DNA of 47,845 nucleotides from a bacterium. Lineage in GTDB: Bacteria > JADJOY01. The notes beneath the pieces were generated by a model. That model did no database searches, was not told where the DNA came from, and saw only the letters and a list, made by a program, of their open reading frames with translations. Both the position numbers and the translations under genes were made by a program. The stretch is taken from assembly GCA_046331705.1 (NCBI GenBank), contig JAXLQJ010000013.1:124001-171845 (forward strand), written 5' to 3'. Of this stretch, positions 1 through 7,975 are shown piece by piece (positions within the stretch are counted from its first letter, which is position 1; the number at the start of each line of letters is the position of its first letter).

Positions 1-744
1 CGCCGGTAGCGCGAAGTCCTCCTTGAAGCTGTCGCGGTACACGAGGCCGAACGACCAAGCGTCGAGGGCTGGCGAGATCGCCGTGCCGTCGAGCTCCAAG
101 CCGATCCGCGGCATGTAGTCGCCGAGGAGCTCGAGGTCGGTCGAGAGCTCGAAGCTCCCGGTGCGCCCCACCGCCCCGCTCACCGAGTTCGGGGAGTCGA
201 GCAAGTGGATCTCGAGCCCGGCGCCGATCCGGAACCCGGGGACGATGCGGATGCCGAGCGCCGTGGCGATGATCGCGCGCTCGGTCGCGTTCTGATACGG
301 GAGGAAGAAAGGCTCGCCGAGACCCGGCAGCTCGATGCGGATGACGCGGGCGTCGTCGGTCGGCAGGTGCAGCACGAAGCCGAAGAAGAGCCGATCCGCG
401 AGCGGCCCCCCCAGCGGGATCGGCGTCGCGACGCCCGTGGACACACCCACGTTCGGGTCCTCGACGCTGCCGGCCACCCCCGCTTCCAGATCCTCGGTGA
501 AGAGCGCCACGCTCGCGAAGAGGCTCAGCGAATCGGAGTGCGCGAGCGCCGCCGGGTTGTAGAAGGTCGACTCCGGGCCTCGGCACGCCGCCGTCAGCGC
601 GCCGGCCAATGCCGGGCCGCGACCGCCCGAGCCGTAGAGATCCTCGACGCTGGCGCGTGCGGGACGCGACGCGACGAGCAGCACGCCCACGAGCGCGAGC
701 GCCGCACCCTGACGAGCACCGGCGCGCTGCGAGCGCGCGGTCAC
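1..744 (-). CDS. OmpP1/FadL/TodX-family outer-membrane transporter (3' end runs off the window)
   Basis: Not in the ORF track; translated by hand. GTG at 744 overlaps the upstream TGA (GTGA). Signal peptide, then 'YGSGGRGPALAGALTAACRGPESTFYNPAAL', matching the FadL N-terminal hatch/NPA motif, then amphipathic beta strands. Frame is open to base 1. Confidence 0.75.
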   Translation of the reverse strand, partial: MTARSQRAGARQGAALALVGVLLVASRPARASVEDLYGSGGRGPALAGALTAACRGPESTFYNPAALAHSDSLSLFASVALFTEDLEAGVAGSVEDPNVGVSTGVATPIPLGGPLADRLFFGFVLHLPTDDARVIRIELPGLGEPFFLPYQNATERAIIATALGIRIVPGFRIGAGLEIHLLDSPNSVSGAVGRTGSFELSTDLELLGDYMPRIGLELDGTAISPALDAWSFGLVYRDSFKEDFALPA

Positions 745-1187
745 GGCCGTCCCTCGCCATCGACGTGCGTGGAGAGAGCCTCGAACGCCATCGGTGGCGT
801 GGGTGCGAGCGAGCGGTGCGCGAGCGTCCACGCGTAGGCGATCGCGCACAGCCAGAAGAGCGCTCCCACGTTGATCGCCAGAGCGACGGGGCCGAACGCC
901 TGCGCACCCGGCTCGCGACCGGCCACTCGCGCGACCAGCGCCGTCACCGCGGCGACCAGCACCGCCGCCCCGCCCGCGAGCGCGGCGCGTCCGTACCAGT
1001 CCATCGCCGGGCTCGCGGGCGTGCCGGCATGACTCGCCGTCACCCAACGCCGCGCCAGCGGCTCGTACCACGGCACGGCCACCGTGCGAAACGACGTGCT
1101 CGTGAACACCAGCGCGAACGCCAGCACGAACGCCGCGCCGGTCACGGCGCGAAACGACGCCGGCGAGAGCGCGCGCCGCTCGCTCAC
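741..1187 (-). CDS. Hypothetical integral membrane protein (about 3 TM segments)
   Basis: C-terminal part of ORF 741..1688. GTG at 1187 overlaps the stop of the upstream gene. Three hydrophobic segments. Confidence 0.7.
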   Translation of the reverse strand: MSERRALSPASFRAVTGAAFVLAFALVFTSTSFRTVAVPWYEPLARRWVTASHAGTPASPAMDWYGRAALAGGAAVLVAAVTALVARVAGREPGAQAFGPVALAINVGALFWLCAIAYAWTLAHRSLAPTPPMAFEALSTHVDGEGRP

Positions 1188-1648
1188 AGCCCGCGCTCCG
1201 CGACCAGCACCAGTCCCGACACCGTCTGGAACCACACCAGCGCCGCGACGGTGAGCCCGAGCACCGCATAGAGCGGCCGCCACGCGACGTCCACCCGCGG
1301 ATCGAAGCGCTGGCGAAGCCACGCATACGCCAGCGTCACGGCGAGTCCGAGGGCCGCGAAGTTCTCCTTGATGTCGAAGAGATTCGACGCCCACGGCGCC
1401 CAGCGATCGAAGACCGCCGCGCGCACGTAGATCCGGTACGCCGGATAGACGACGGCCCCCAGCAAGAAGGTCGCCAGGTACGCGATCAGCTGGATGCGGA
1501 CGTAGAGCTTCTCGAGACCGGCGCGCCCGAACCGGCCGCGCAGATAGCCGATCACCAGGATCGCGTCGTGGGTGGTCGACCCGAGCAACGCGATCGCCGC
1601 CAGCGCGTGCGCCACCAGCAATGCCGGCGCGGCGCTTTCGAGCCACAC
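1184..1648 (-). CDS. Hypothetical 4-TM membrane protein with His residues in TM1
   Basis: C-terminal part of ORF 1184..1795 (VWLES...AERGL). Four hydrophobic helices. Start uncertain (GTG 1648 or 1711). Confidence 0.75.
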   Translation of the reverse strand: MWLESAAPALLVAHALAAIALLGSTTHDAILVIGYLRGRFGRAGLEKLYVRIQLIAYLATFLLGAVVYPAYRIYVRAAVFDRWAPWASNLFDIKENFAALGLAVTLAYAWLRQRFDPRVDVAWRPLYAVLGLTVAALVWFQTVSGLVLVAERGL

Positions 1649-1974
1649 ACCGCCCGTGCGCGGCACGGGTGCGTACGGGTACGACCACGTCTCGGCGGCG
1701 AGTGAATTCACCGGGGGCGAGTCAGGGTGCGTGTCGCGTGAGGTTGGTTCGGGCGCTGGGCGAGACGATCGCTGCTGCCGCGGGCCAGCGAGCACGGGCG
1801 CGATCGAGCGCGGTCGCCTGGGCGCGGCGGGACGTTACACGATGGCACCCTGGGGCGCAACCCATCGCTCACCCATCGCGAGTCGCGCGGGGTCGGGCGC
1901 GACCGGCGCAGACCGTCGGTTTCGCGGCGTGCGCGCGCCTCGCTCGCTCGCGGCAGCGCGTACACTTCGTCCCG

Positions 1975-3156
1975 ATGGACCTCCCGCCCCGGTTCCGCGC
2001 TCGCGGACGAGCCCGTGCCACGTCATCGACGAGCTTGCCGCTCGGCCCGCCGATCGCGGGCAACGAGGTCACGCTGCTCGCCGATGCGGCCCACACCTTC
2101 CCGAGCATGCTCGCGGCCATCGCGGCGGCCACGCACCACGTGCACGTCGAGACCTACCGAATCCAGAGCGACGAGACCGGCTGGAGGTTCGCGCACGCGC
2201 TGGCCGCCAAGGCGCGCGCGGGAGTCGAGGTGCGGGTCCTCGCCGACGCCGTCGGCTCGATCTTCGCCAGCGCGTCGCTGGTGCGCGCGATCCAGGACGC
2301 CGGCGGCCACTTCTCGTTCTACCGGCCGCTCACCCTGGGACACGCACCCCGCTTCTGGCACCGCCGTGACCACCGCAAGATCCTGGTGGTCGACGGACGC
2401 GTCGCCTTCGTGGGCGGGTCGAATCTGTGCGACGAGCACCAACCCCTCGCGCCCGGCGGACCCGAGTGGCGCGATACCAACCTGCGCGTGGAAGGGCCGG
2501 CCGTTCGCGAGATCGCCAAGATCTTCCGACGCGACTGGTGGTCCGCAATGGGCGAGCAGCTCGCGGCCCAGCGCTATCTGCCGCACACCGACGCGCTCGC
2601 GGGCGGCGACCACACGGTGGTGGCACTCGCCAACCGCGAGTGGCGCAAGCGCCACACGATCCGGCGCGGCTACCTCACGGCGTTCCATCGCGCGGAGCGC
2701 TCCATCCACCTGACGCAGGCTTATTTCATCCCGGACCGCGGCATCCAACGCGCGCTCTTCGCCGCGGTGCGGCGAGGCGTGGACGTCCACGTGCTGCTCG
2801 GCGGCGTGAGCGACGTGCCGGCGGTCCAGCACGCCACCCGTCACCTCTACGGCCGGCTGCTCGCGCACGGCATCCGCATCCACGAATGGCCGGGGCGCGT
2901 CCTGCACGCGAAGACGGTGTGCGTGGACGGCCTGTGGTCCGTGGTCGGCTCGTACAACCTCGATCACCGCAGCTTTCGGCACAACCTGGAGGTGGTCGTG
3001 GCGGTGCGGGGCGAGTCGCTGGGGCGCGCGATGGACGAGCTCTTCCACCACGACGTCGGCATGAGCCGCGAGGTGACGCTCGCGCGCTGGAACGAACGCT
3101 CCTGGTGGCAACGCCTGCAGGGCCGCTTCTGGTTCGCGCTGCGGCATTGGCTCTGA
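1975..3156 (+). CDS. clsB: Cardiolipin synthase, ClsB-like phospholipase D family
   Basis: Two HKD motifs (DHRKILVVD, LHAKTVCVD), WRDT and GSYNLD motifs, no N-terminal TM helices. ATG at 1975. Confidence 0.85.
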   Translation: MDLPPRFRARGRARATSSTSLPLGPPIAGNEVTLLADAAHTFPSMLAAIAAATHHVHVETYRIQSDETGWRFAHALAAKARAGVEVRVLADAVGSIFASASLVRAIQDAGGHFSFYRPLTLGHAPRFWHRRDHRKILVVDGRVAFVGGSNLCDEHQPLAPGGPEWRDTNLRVEGPAVREIAKIFRRDWWSAMGEQLAAQRYLPHTDALAGGDHTVVALANREWRKRHTIRRGYLTAFHRAERSIHLTQAYFIPDRGIQRALFAAVRRGVDVHVLLGGVSDVPAVQHATRHLYGRLLAHGIRIHEWPGRVLHAKTVCVDGLWSVVGSYNLDHRSFRHNLEVVVAVRGESLGRAMDELFHHDVGMSREVTLARWNERSWWQRLQGRFWFALRHWL

Positions 3157-3237
3157 ACCCGCGGCCTTGCGTCGCGCCCGCCCTGCGGGGTGGCGGCGCG
3201 CGGGGGTCTCGATGCGCCCTTCGCCACGCGGTTTCGG

Positions 3238-3266
3238 TTGACGGGGGTGGAGGTGGATGCTAGCCA
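3238..3266 (+). promoter_or_regulatory. Putative sigma70-type promoter for rsmD-coaD
   Basis: TTGACG (3238-3243), 17-nt spacer ending TGc, then TAGCCA (3261-3266). Confidence 0.5.
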
Positions 3267-3356
3267 TGCGAGCGTTCGCGCTCCGAGCCGTCGTCGCGAC
3301 CCGCGCGCGGCGCCCGAGCGACTCGGGCCCGAGCGAGAACGAGCGGAGCATCCCAG

Positions 3357-3926
3357 GTGCGCGTGGTCGCGGGATCGGCACGCGGACGTCGGCTCCGGTC
3401 GAGCGACCGGCCCGGCTTGAGACCCACCCTGGACCGAGTTCGCGAGGCGCTGTTCTCGATTCTCGGTGACCTCGAGGGGAGCGCGGTGTTGGATCTGTTC
3501 GCGGGAACCGGCGCGTTGGGCATCGAGGCGCTGTCGCGTGGAGCTGCCTCGGCGGTGTTCGTCGAGCACGATCGCGCCACGGTGGAGCTGATTCGAGCCA
3601 ACCTGGACGCCACGGGGCTCGCGCGTCACGCGCGCGTCCGCGCGCTTCGCTTGCCGGACGAGCTCGAGAGCCTGGCGGCGGAGGGCGCGCCGTTCGATCT
3701 CATCCTGATGGACGCTCCCTACGACGGCGACGCCCGCGACCGCACGCTCGCCCATGCCGCGCTGCCGGCCTTGCTCGCCCCGCACGGGCGCCTGGTGGTC
3801 GAGCACGACGCCCGACGGCCACCGCCGCTCTCGATCCCGACACTCGAGGTCACCGACCAACGACGCTACGGTTCGACCGCGCTCGCGATCCTCGAGCACA
3901 CGTCGACCGAACACGAGGCCCGATGA
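3357..3926 (+). CDS. rsmD: 16S rRNA m2G966 methyltransferase RsmD
   Basis: MRVVAG..RGRRL, RPT.DRVREALF, LDLFAGTGALGIEALSRGA and DAPY motifs; directly upstream of coaD. Confidence 0.95.
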   Translation: MRVVAGSARGRRLRSSDRPGLRPTLDRVREALFSILGDLEGSAVLDLFAGTGALGIEALSRGAASAVFVEHDRATVELIRANLDATGLARHARVRALRLPDELESLAAEGAPFDLILMDAPYDGDARDRTLAHAALPALLAPHGRLVVEHDARRPPPLSIPTLEVTDQRRYGSTALAILEHTSTEHEAR

Positions 3927-4411
3927 ACGCCGTCGCCATCTATCCCGGCTCGTTCGACCCCGTCACCAACGGCCATCTCGATCTGATCGAGCGCGGCGTG
4001 CGGCTCTTCGGCCACCTGATCGTCGCGGTCGCGCGCAACATCGAGAAGACCACGCTCTTCACCACCCAGGAGCGCATCGAGCTGGTGCGCGAGGCGGTGA
4101 ATCGGCGCAGCGACGTGACGGTCGAGAGCTTCGAGGGGCTCCTGGTGGACTACGCCCGCGGCCGCGGCGCGCGCGTGGTGATGCGCGGTCTGCGCGCGCT
4201 CTCCGATTTCGAGTACGAGTACGAGATGGCGATGATGAACCGCCGCCTCTATCCGGACATCGAAACGCTCTTCATGATGACGTCCGAGTCCAACTTCTTC
4301 GTGAGCTCGCGGCGCGTGAAGGAAGTCATGCGCTTCGGCGGCGACGTGTCGAGCCTGGTGCCGCCGCTGGTCCACCGGCGCCTCGCCGACAAGCTGGGAC
4401 GCGGCAGCTGA
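3923..4411 (+). CDS. coaD: Phosphopantetheine adenylyltransferase
   Basis: YPGSFDPVTNGHLD (HxGH-type), RGLRALSDFEYE and SS motifs. ATGA overlap with rsmD. Confidence 0.97.
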   Translation: MNAVAIYPGSFDPVTNGHLDLIERGVRLFGHLIVAVARNIEKTTLFTTQERIELVREAVNRRSDVTVESFEGLLVDYARGRGARVVMRGLRALSDFEYEYEMAMMNRRLYPDIETLFMMTSESNFFVSSRRVKEVMRFGGDVSSLVPPLVHRRLADKLGRGS

Positions 4412-4477
4412 GCGCAGCGCCGCGCGAAGCACGCGCTCGCGCGGTTTCGGGCCACCGCGCGCGCGCCCTCGAGGAGC

Positions 4478-5068
4478 TCAGCCGGACGCCGCGTCCGCGA
4501 GTTCGTCCTCCGAGAACACCTCGGCGGTGAACACCTGGATCCGGGTGCCCGGCTTGCGCCATGCGTCCGGATCGAGCCCCGCCTTGAGACAGGTGTGCTT
4601 CAAGAACTCCTCCCGCGTGAGCCCATGATCGGTGGCCACCTGCGGCAAGAGCACGCCGCGTCGCTCGCCGCGGCTCACCACGACGCCGTGGCGCCCCACC
4701 TGGACGTCCGTGGGGTCGGCGACGTCCTCCATCGGGCTCAGGACGGAGATCTCGATGGTCAGGCCGGCGAGCTCGTTCGCGCGAACCGGCCCGAAGCGCG
4801 GATCCCGCGTCGCCGCCTCGACGGCCATCCGCGCGACGGTCTCGGCGAGCGCGCCACGCCCCTCGAAGCAACCGATGCAGCCGCGCAGCTCGCCGTCGCG
4901 ACGCCGGTGCAGACTCACGAAGGCACCCGGCGCGGGCGATCGCCGTTGCTCGCCGCCCTCGGATCCGGGCCGGGGCGGCTCACCCTCGACGGGCGCGCCC
5001 ACGGCCCGGGCGATCGCGGCGCGAGCCGCCGCCAGCAGCCAAAGGCGCTCGTCCCGGGCGAGGGTCAT
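4478..5068 (-). CDS. amrA: AMMECR1-domain protein (AmmeMemoRadiSam system protein A)
   Basis: GAFVSL, LRGCIG, DPRF, EISVLS, GVLLPQVA and CLKAGL motifs. Confidence 0.92.
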   Translation of the reverse strand: MTLARDERLWLLAAARAAIARAVGAPVEGEPPRPGSEGGEQRRSPAPGAFVSLHRRRDGELRGCIGCFEGRGALAETVARMAVEAATRDPRFGPVRANELAGLTIEISVLSPMEDVADPTDVQVGRHGVVVSRGERRGVLLPQVATDHGLTREEFLKHTCLKAGLDPDAWRKPGTRIQVFTAEVFSEDELADAASG

Positions 5069-5421
5069 GGCCGGACCAGGACGATGCCGGCACGGGCGGC
5101 GGCACCGGGCAGCGACGCGGCCCGCTTGCGCAGCACCACTTGAACCCGCGAGACGCGGGCATCGCTCAGCACCAGGTCGGCGATGCGAGCGGCCAACCGC
5201 TCCACCAGCCGGTTCTCGGAAGCGCGGACCAGCGCGCCGACCCGCTCCACGACCTCGATGTAGTCGACGGTGTCGACCACCGAGTCGGACTCGGCGGCGC
5301 GCGCGGTGTCCACCTCCAGATCGAGATCGAGCGAGATCTCTTGGGGGACGGCGCGTTCGGCATCGCCGACGCCGAGATGCGTCCAGAACACGAGGTTCTC
5401 GAGTCTCAGGCGACTAGTCAC
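5065..5421 (-). CDS. folB: Dihydroneopterin aldolase
   Basis: HLGV..AER..PQ, SD.V.DTVDY, LVERLA and LRK motifs. Likely GTG start at 5421; stop overlaps the amrA start. Confidence 0.9.
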   Translation of the reverse strand: MTSRLRLENLVFWTHLGVGDAERAVPQEISLDLDLEVDTARAAESDSVVDTVDYIEVVERVGALVRASENRLVERLAARIADLVLSDARVSRVQVVLRKRAASLPGAAARAGIVLVRP

Positions 5422-5839
5422 GGCTGGCTCGGGGCATGCGCCAAGTGAAGCGCTCCACTTGGCGCGTGTAAAGGTCGAGGCGCGATCCCGCGATCGCCGG
5501 CTGGCCGGTGCCAACTTTCGTCGCAGGTTGCAACGACTCACTGACGCTTTTTTGCGTCACCGCTACCTCCGGCGCGAGCGACCGTTGGCAATTGTCGTGG
5601 GGGCTCGACGGAAGCGCCCGCCGCGACAGCGCTCCCGTGCCGAGTGAGCGCTCACCACTTCGACAATTGCAGACATTCATCGCGGAACGGTTCTTGCGAA
5701 ACGCCCCTTTGCCTTTTGCAAAGATCACCAGGACGAGGATGACCCCGAGCGCAATCCAGCCCGCTGGCCGTCCTCGCGAACACCTCCTGGGCGTCGGGTT
5801 CGTACGAATCCCCCGCCCAGCGACAGTCGGGGGTCGCCC

Positions 5840-6256
5840 ATGATCAGCCGCGCGAACTACGAGCTCCACGACGACACCATCCATCCCTCCCAGCACTTCA
5901 GCGCGGGCCGCACCGTGCTTCCGGGTGACGCGGAGCGCCGCTTGATGGCGGCGATTCTCGAGGATGCCGTGATCTCGTTCGAGTCGGCGAGCAAGAGCGA
6001 CACCGACGCGTCGCGGGCCCTGGTGGAAGAGCTGATCGAGTGGTTCGCCGACGAGGACGACACCTACCTCTTCTCGTTCCCGAGCATCTGCGACTACCTG
6101 CAGATCAAGACCGACACCGTGCGCGCGCACATCAAGAAGGTTCACTGGGCCGCGCTCAAGGAGAAGGCGCGCAAGCGCGAGGAGATGGCCGCCGAGGCTC
6201 CCGTCGAGATCGCGAGTGACGAAGAGCCAGCGGCGCTCACCGCCGTCGGGCACTGA
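5840..6256 (+). CDS. Small helical hypothetical protein
   Basis: 138-aa ORF with protein-like composition and coding codon bias (ERRLMAAILEDA...WF...FSFPSICDYL), divergent from folB. Confidence 0.8.
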   Translation: MISRANYELHDDTIHPSQHFSAGRTVLPGDAERRLMAAILEDAVISFESASKSDTDASRALVEELIEWFADEDDTYLFSFPSICDYLQIKTDTVRAHIKKVHWAALKEKARKREEMAAEAPVEIASDEEPAALTAVGH

Positions 6257-6324
6257 TCCCACCGCCCGGAGACGACCACGCACTCGCGAGCGCGCACCGG
6301 CGCGCCAGCCGCGCGCCATCGGCC

Positions 6325-7830
6325 TCACCCCTCGGGTGGGGCCGATCGCGTTTCCAGCCATCGCTTCACCCACTCGAGGGCCTGGTCCCGGTCGTGGACC
6401 TCGCCATCGAGCCGCGCATCCTCGACCGCGGCGAGCACGCGCCCCAGCGCCGGCCCCGGCGAGAGCCCGAGCGACTCGATCAGGTCGCGGCCGCGCAACA
6501 GCGGCTGGCCCGCCCGCGGATCCGCACGCAGCGCCGCGTCCTGCGTCAGCAGGTGGCGCGAGACCTCGAGCAAAAGCCGCTCGCCGTCCGCCGGGAAGTC
6601 GGGGCCGCGGGTCGCGTGCGTGTCCGCGAGGACCACGCACACGAGCCCGATCAGGTCCTCGCCCGCACGCCGCAGGAAGCGCCGCACCGTGCGCTCCGGC
6701 AAGGATCCTGCGCGATGGAGCCCGATCAGGTCCTTGAGCGCCAGATGCTGGGCGACCCAGCTCACCAGCAGCGCCGTCTGCGCGTTCGAGAGCCGCAATC
6801 GCTCGGCGATCGCCCCGGTCATCTCGGCTCCCAGCGACTCGTGGCGATGGAAATGCACGCCCTTGGCATCCACGAATCGCGTGGCCGGCTTGGCGACGTC
6901 GTGGAGCAGGACCGCGAGCAGCACCAGCGCACCGCGATCTCCGGTGGCCAGGTATTCGCCCACGCGTGCGCCGTGCTCGCCGTAGAAGCGCTCGGGCGCC
7001 GCGCGCAGGACGTCGACCTCGCGACACGCGGCCAGGGTGTGCGCGAGCACGTCGAGATGATGAAACGTGTTCTGGGTAACGCCGTCCATCACCGCCACCT
7101 CGGGCACGATGAGGGCCAGCAACCCGTCCTCCCAGAGCCGCGTCAGCGCCGCGCCGCCGGTCGGTGCCGACGCCAGCGCCATCAGCTCGGCGGTCACGCG
7201 CTCGACGGCCATGCCGGCGAGCAGCGGGGCGTTCGCGCGGATGGCCGCCCGAGTCTCGGGAGCCAGCTCGAAGCCGAGCGTTGCCGCGAAGCGGTGCGCG
7301 CGCAACGCGCGCAACGGATCGTCGGCGAGCACCTCCGGCGCGGGCAGGCGCAGCGTGCGGTGCGCGAGATCGGCCAGCCCGCCGGTCGGATCGACGACCG
7401 CAACCGGTCCGCCCGCCGCGAGTGGCGCGAGCGGCACGGCCAGCGCGTTCACGGTGAGATCACGCGCCCGCAGGTCGGCCTCCAGATCGGGGCCGCGCAA
7501 CCCCGAGAGATCCACCTCGCGGCGTCCTCCCGTCCCCTCGGCCACGACCCGCAGCGTCGGCAGGCGATCGTCGAGAGGCACCAGTGTCGCCGCCGTGTCC
7601 TCGGCGAGCGCCCGCGCCAGCGGCGCCACCTGGGACGCATCCAGCGCCACGTCGAGATCGTGCCAGCCGCGCCCGAGGAGCGCGTCGCGAACCGTGCCGC
7701 CGACGACGTGGACGGCCACGCCGCGCTGCGTCGCGAGCTCGGCCAGGGCACGGTAGAGCGGATCGTCCTGCACGCGCCGTGACAGGCACGCGAGCGCTTG
7801 CGACGGATCGAGCGTCCCAGCTCTCGACAC
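6325..7830 (-). CDS. CCA-adding enzyme / poly(A) polymerase family nucleotidyltransferase with HD domain
   Basis: VGGTVRDALLG..DLD, DLRARDLTVNALA, DDPLRALRAHRF, HH..V..H, LLHDVAK and C-terminal PLL.G.DL...PGP motifs. Confidence 0.9.
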   Translation of the reverse strand: MSRAGTLDPSQALACLSRRVQDDPLYRALAELATQRGVAVHVVGGTVRDALLGRGWHDLDVALDASQVAPLARALAEDTAATLVPLDDRLPTLRVVAEGTGGRREVDLSGLRGPDLEADLRARDLTVNALAVPLAPLAAGGPVAVVDPTGGLADLAHRTLRLPAPEVLADDPLRALRAHRFAATLGFELAPETRAAIRANAPLLAGMAVERVTAELMALASAPTGGAALTRLWEDGLLALIVPEVAVMDGVTQNTFHHLDVLAHTLAACREVDVLRAAPERFYGEHGARVGEYLATGDRGALVLLAVLLHDVAKPATRFVDAKGVHFHRHESLGAEMTGAIAERLRLSNAQTALLVSWVAQHLALKDLIGLHRAGSLPERTVRRFLRRAGEDLIGLVCVVLADTHATRGPDFPADGERLLLEVSRHLLTQDAALRADPRAGQPLLRGRDLIESLGLSPGPALGRVLAAVEDARLDGEVHDRDQALEWVKRWLETRSAPPEG

Positions 7831-7842
7831 GGCCCCACTCCG

Positions 7843-7964
7843 GCTCCGCGGCTCGGTCGCGGCGGAGCGAACGAGGCCGGGGACCTGCCCCCGGCCTCGC
7901 GATCACGCGGTGATGCGCGCGCGCCCCGCGTGATCGCTCGTCACACGAGCGCGCGTGACGAGCG
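7843..7964. repeat. Cluster of four consecutive inverted repeats (stem-loops)
   Basis: Stems 7843-7849/7862-7868, 7872-7882/7889-7899, 7899-7910/7926-7937 and 7935-7944/7955-7964. Confidence 0.7.
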
Positions 7965-7975
7965 CCTGCGATGCG

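Noticed and set aside
5644-5655. GTGAGCGCTCAC, resembling the core of the symmetric lac operator
   Set aside because: The flanking AATT arms are absent and there is no vector-like context; treated as a chance or local palindrome.
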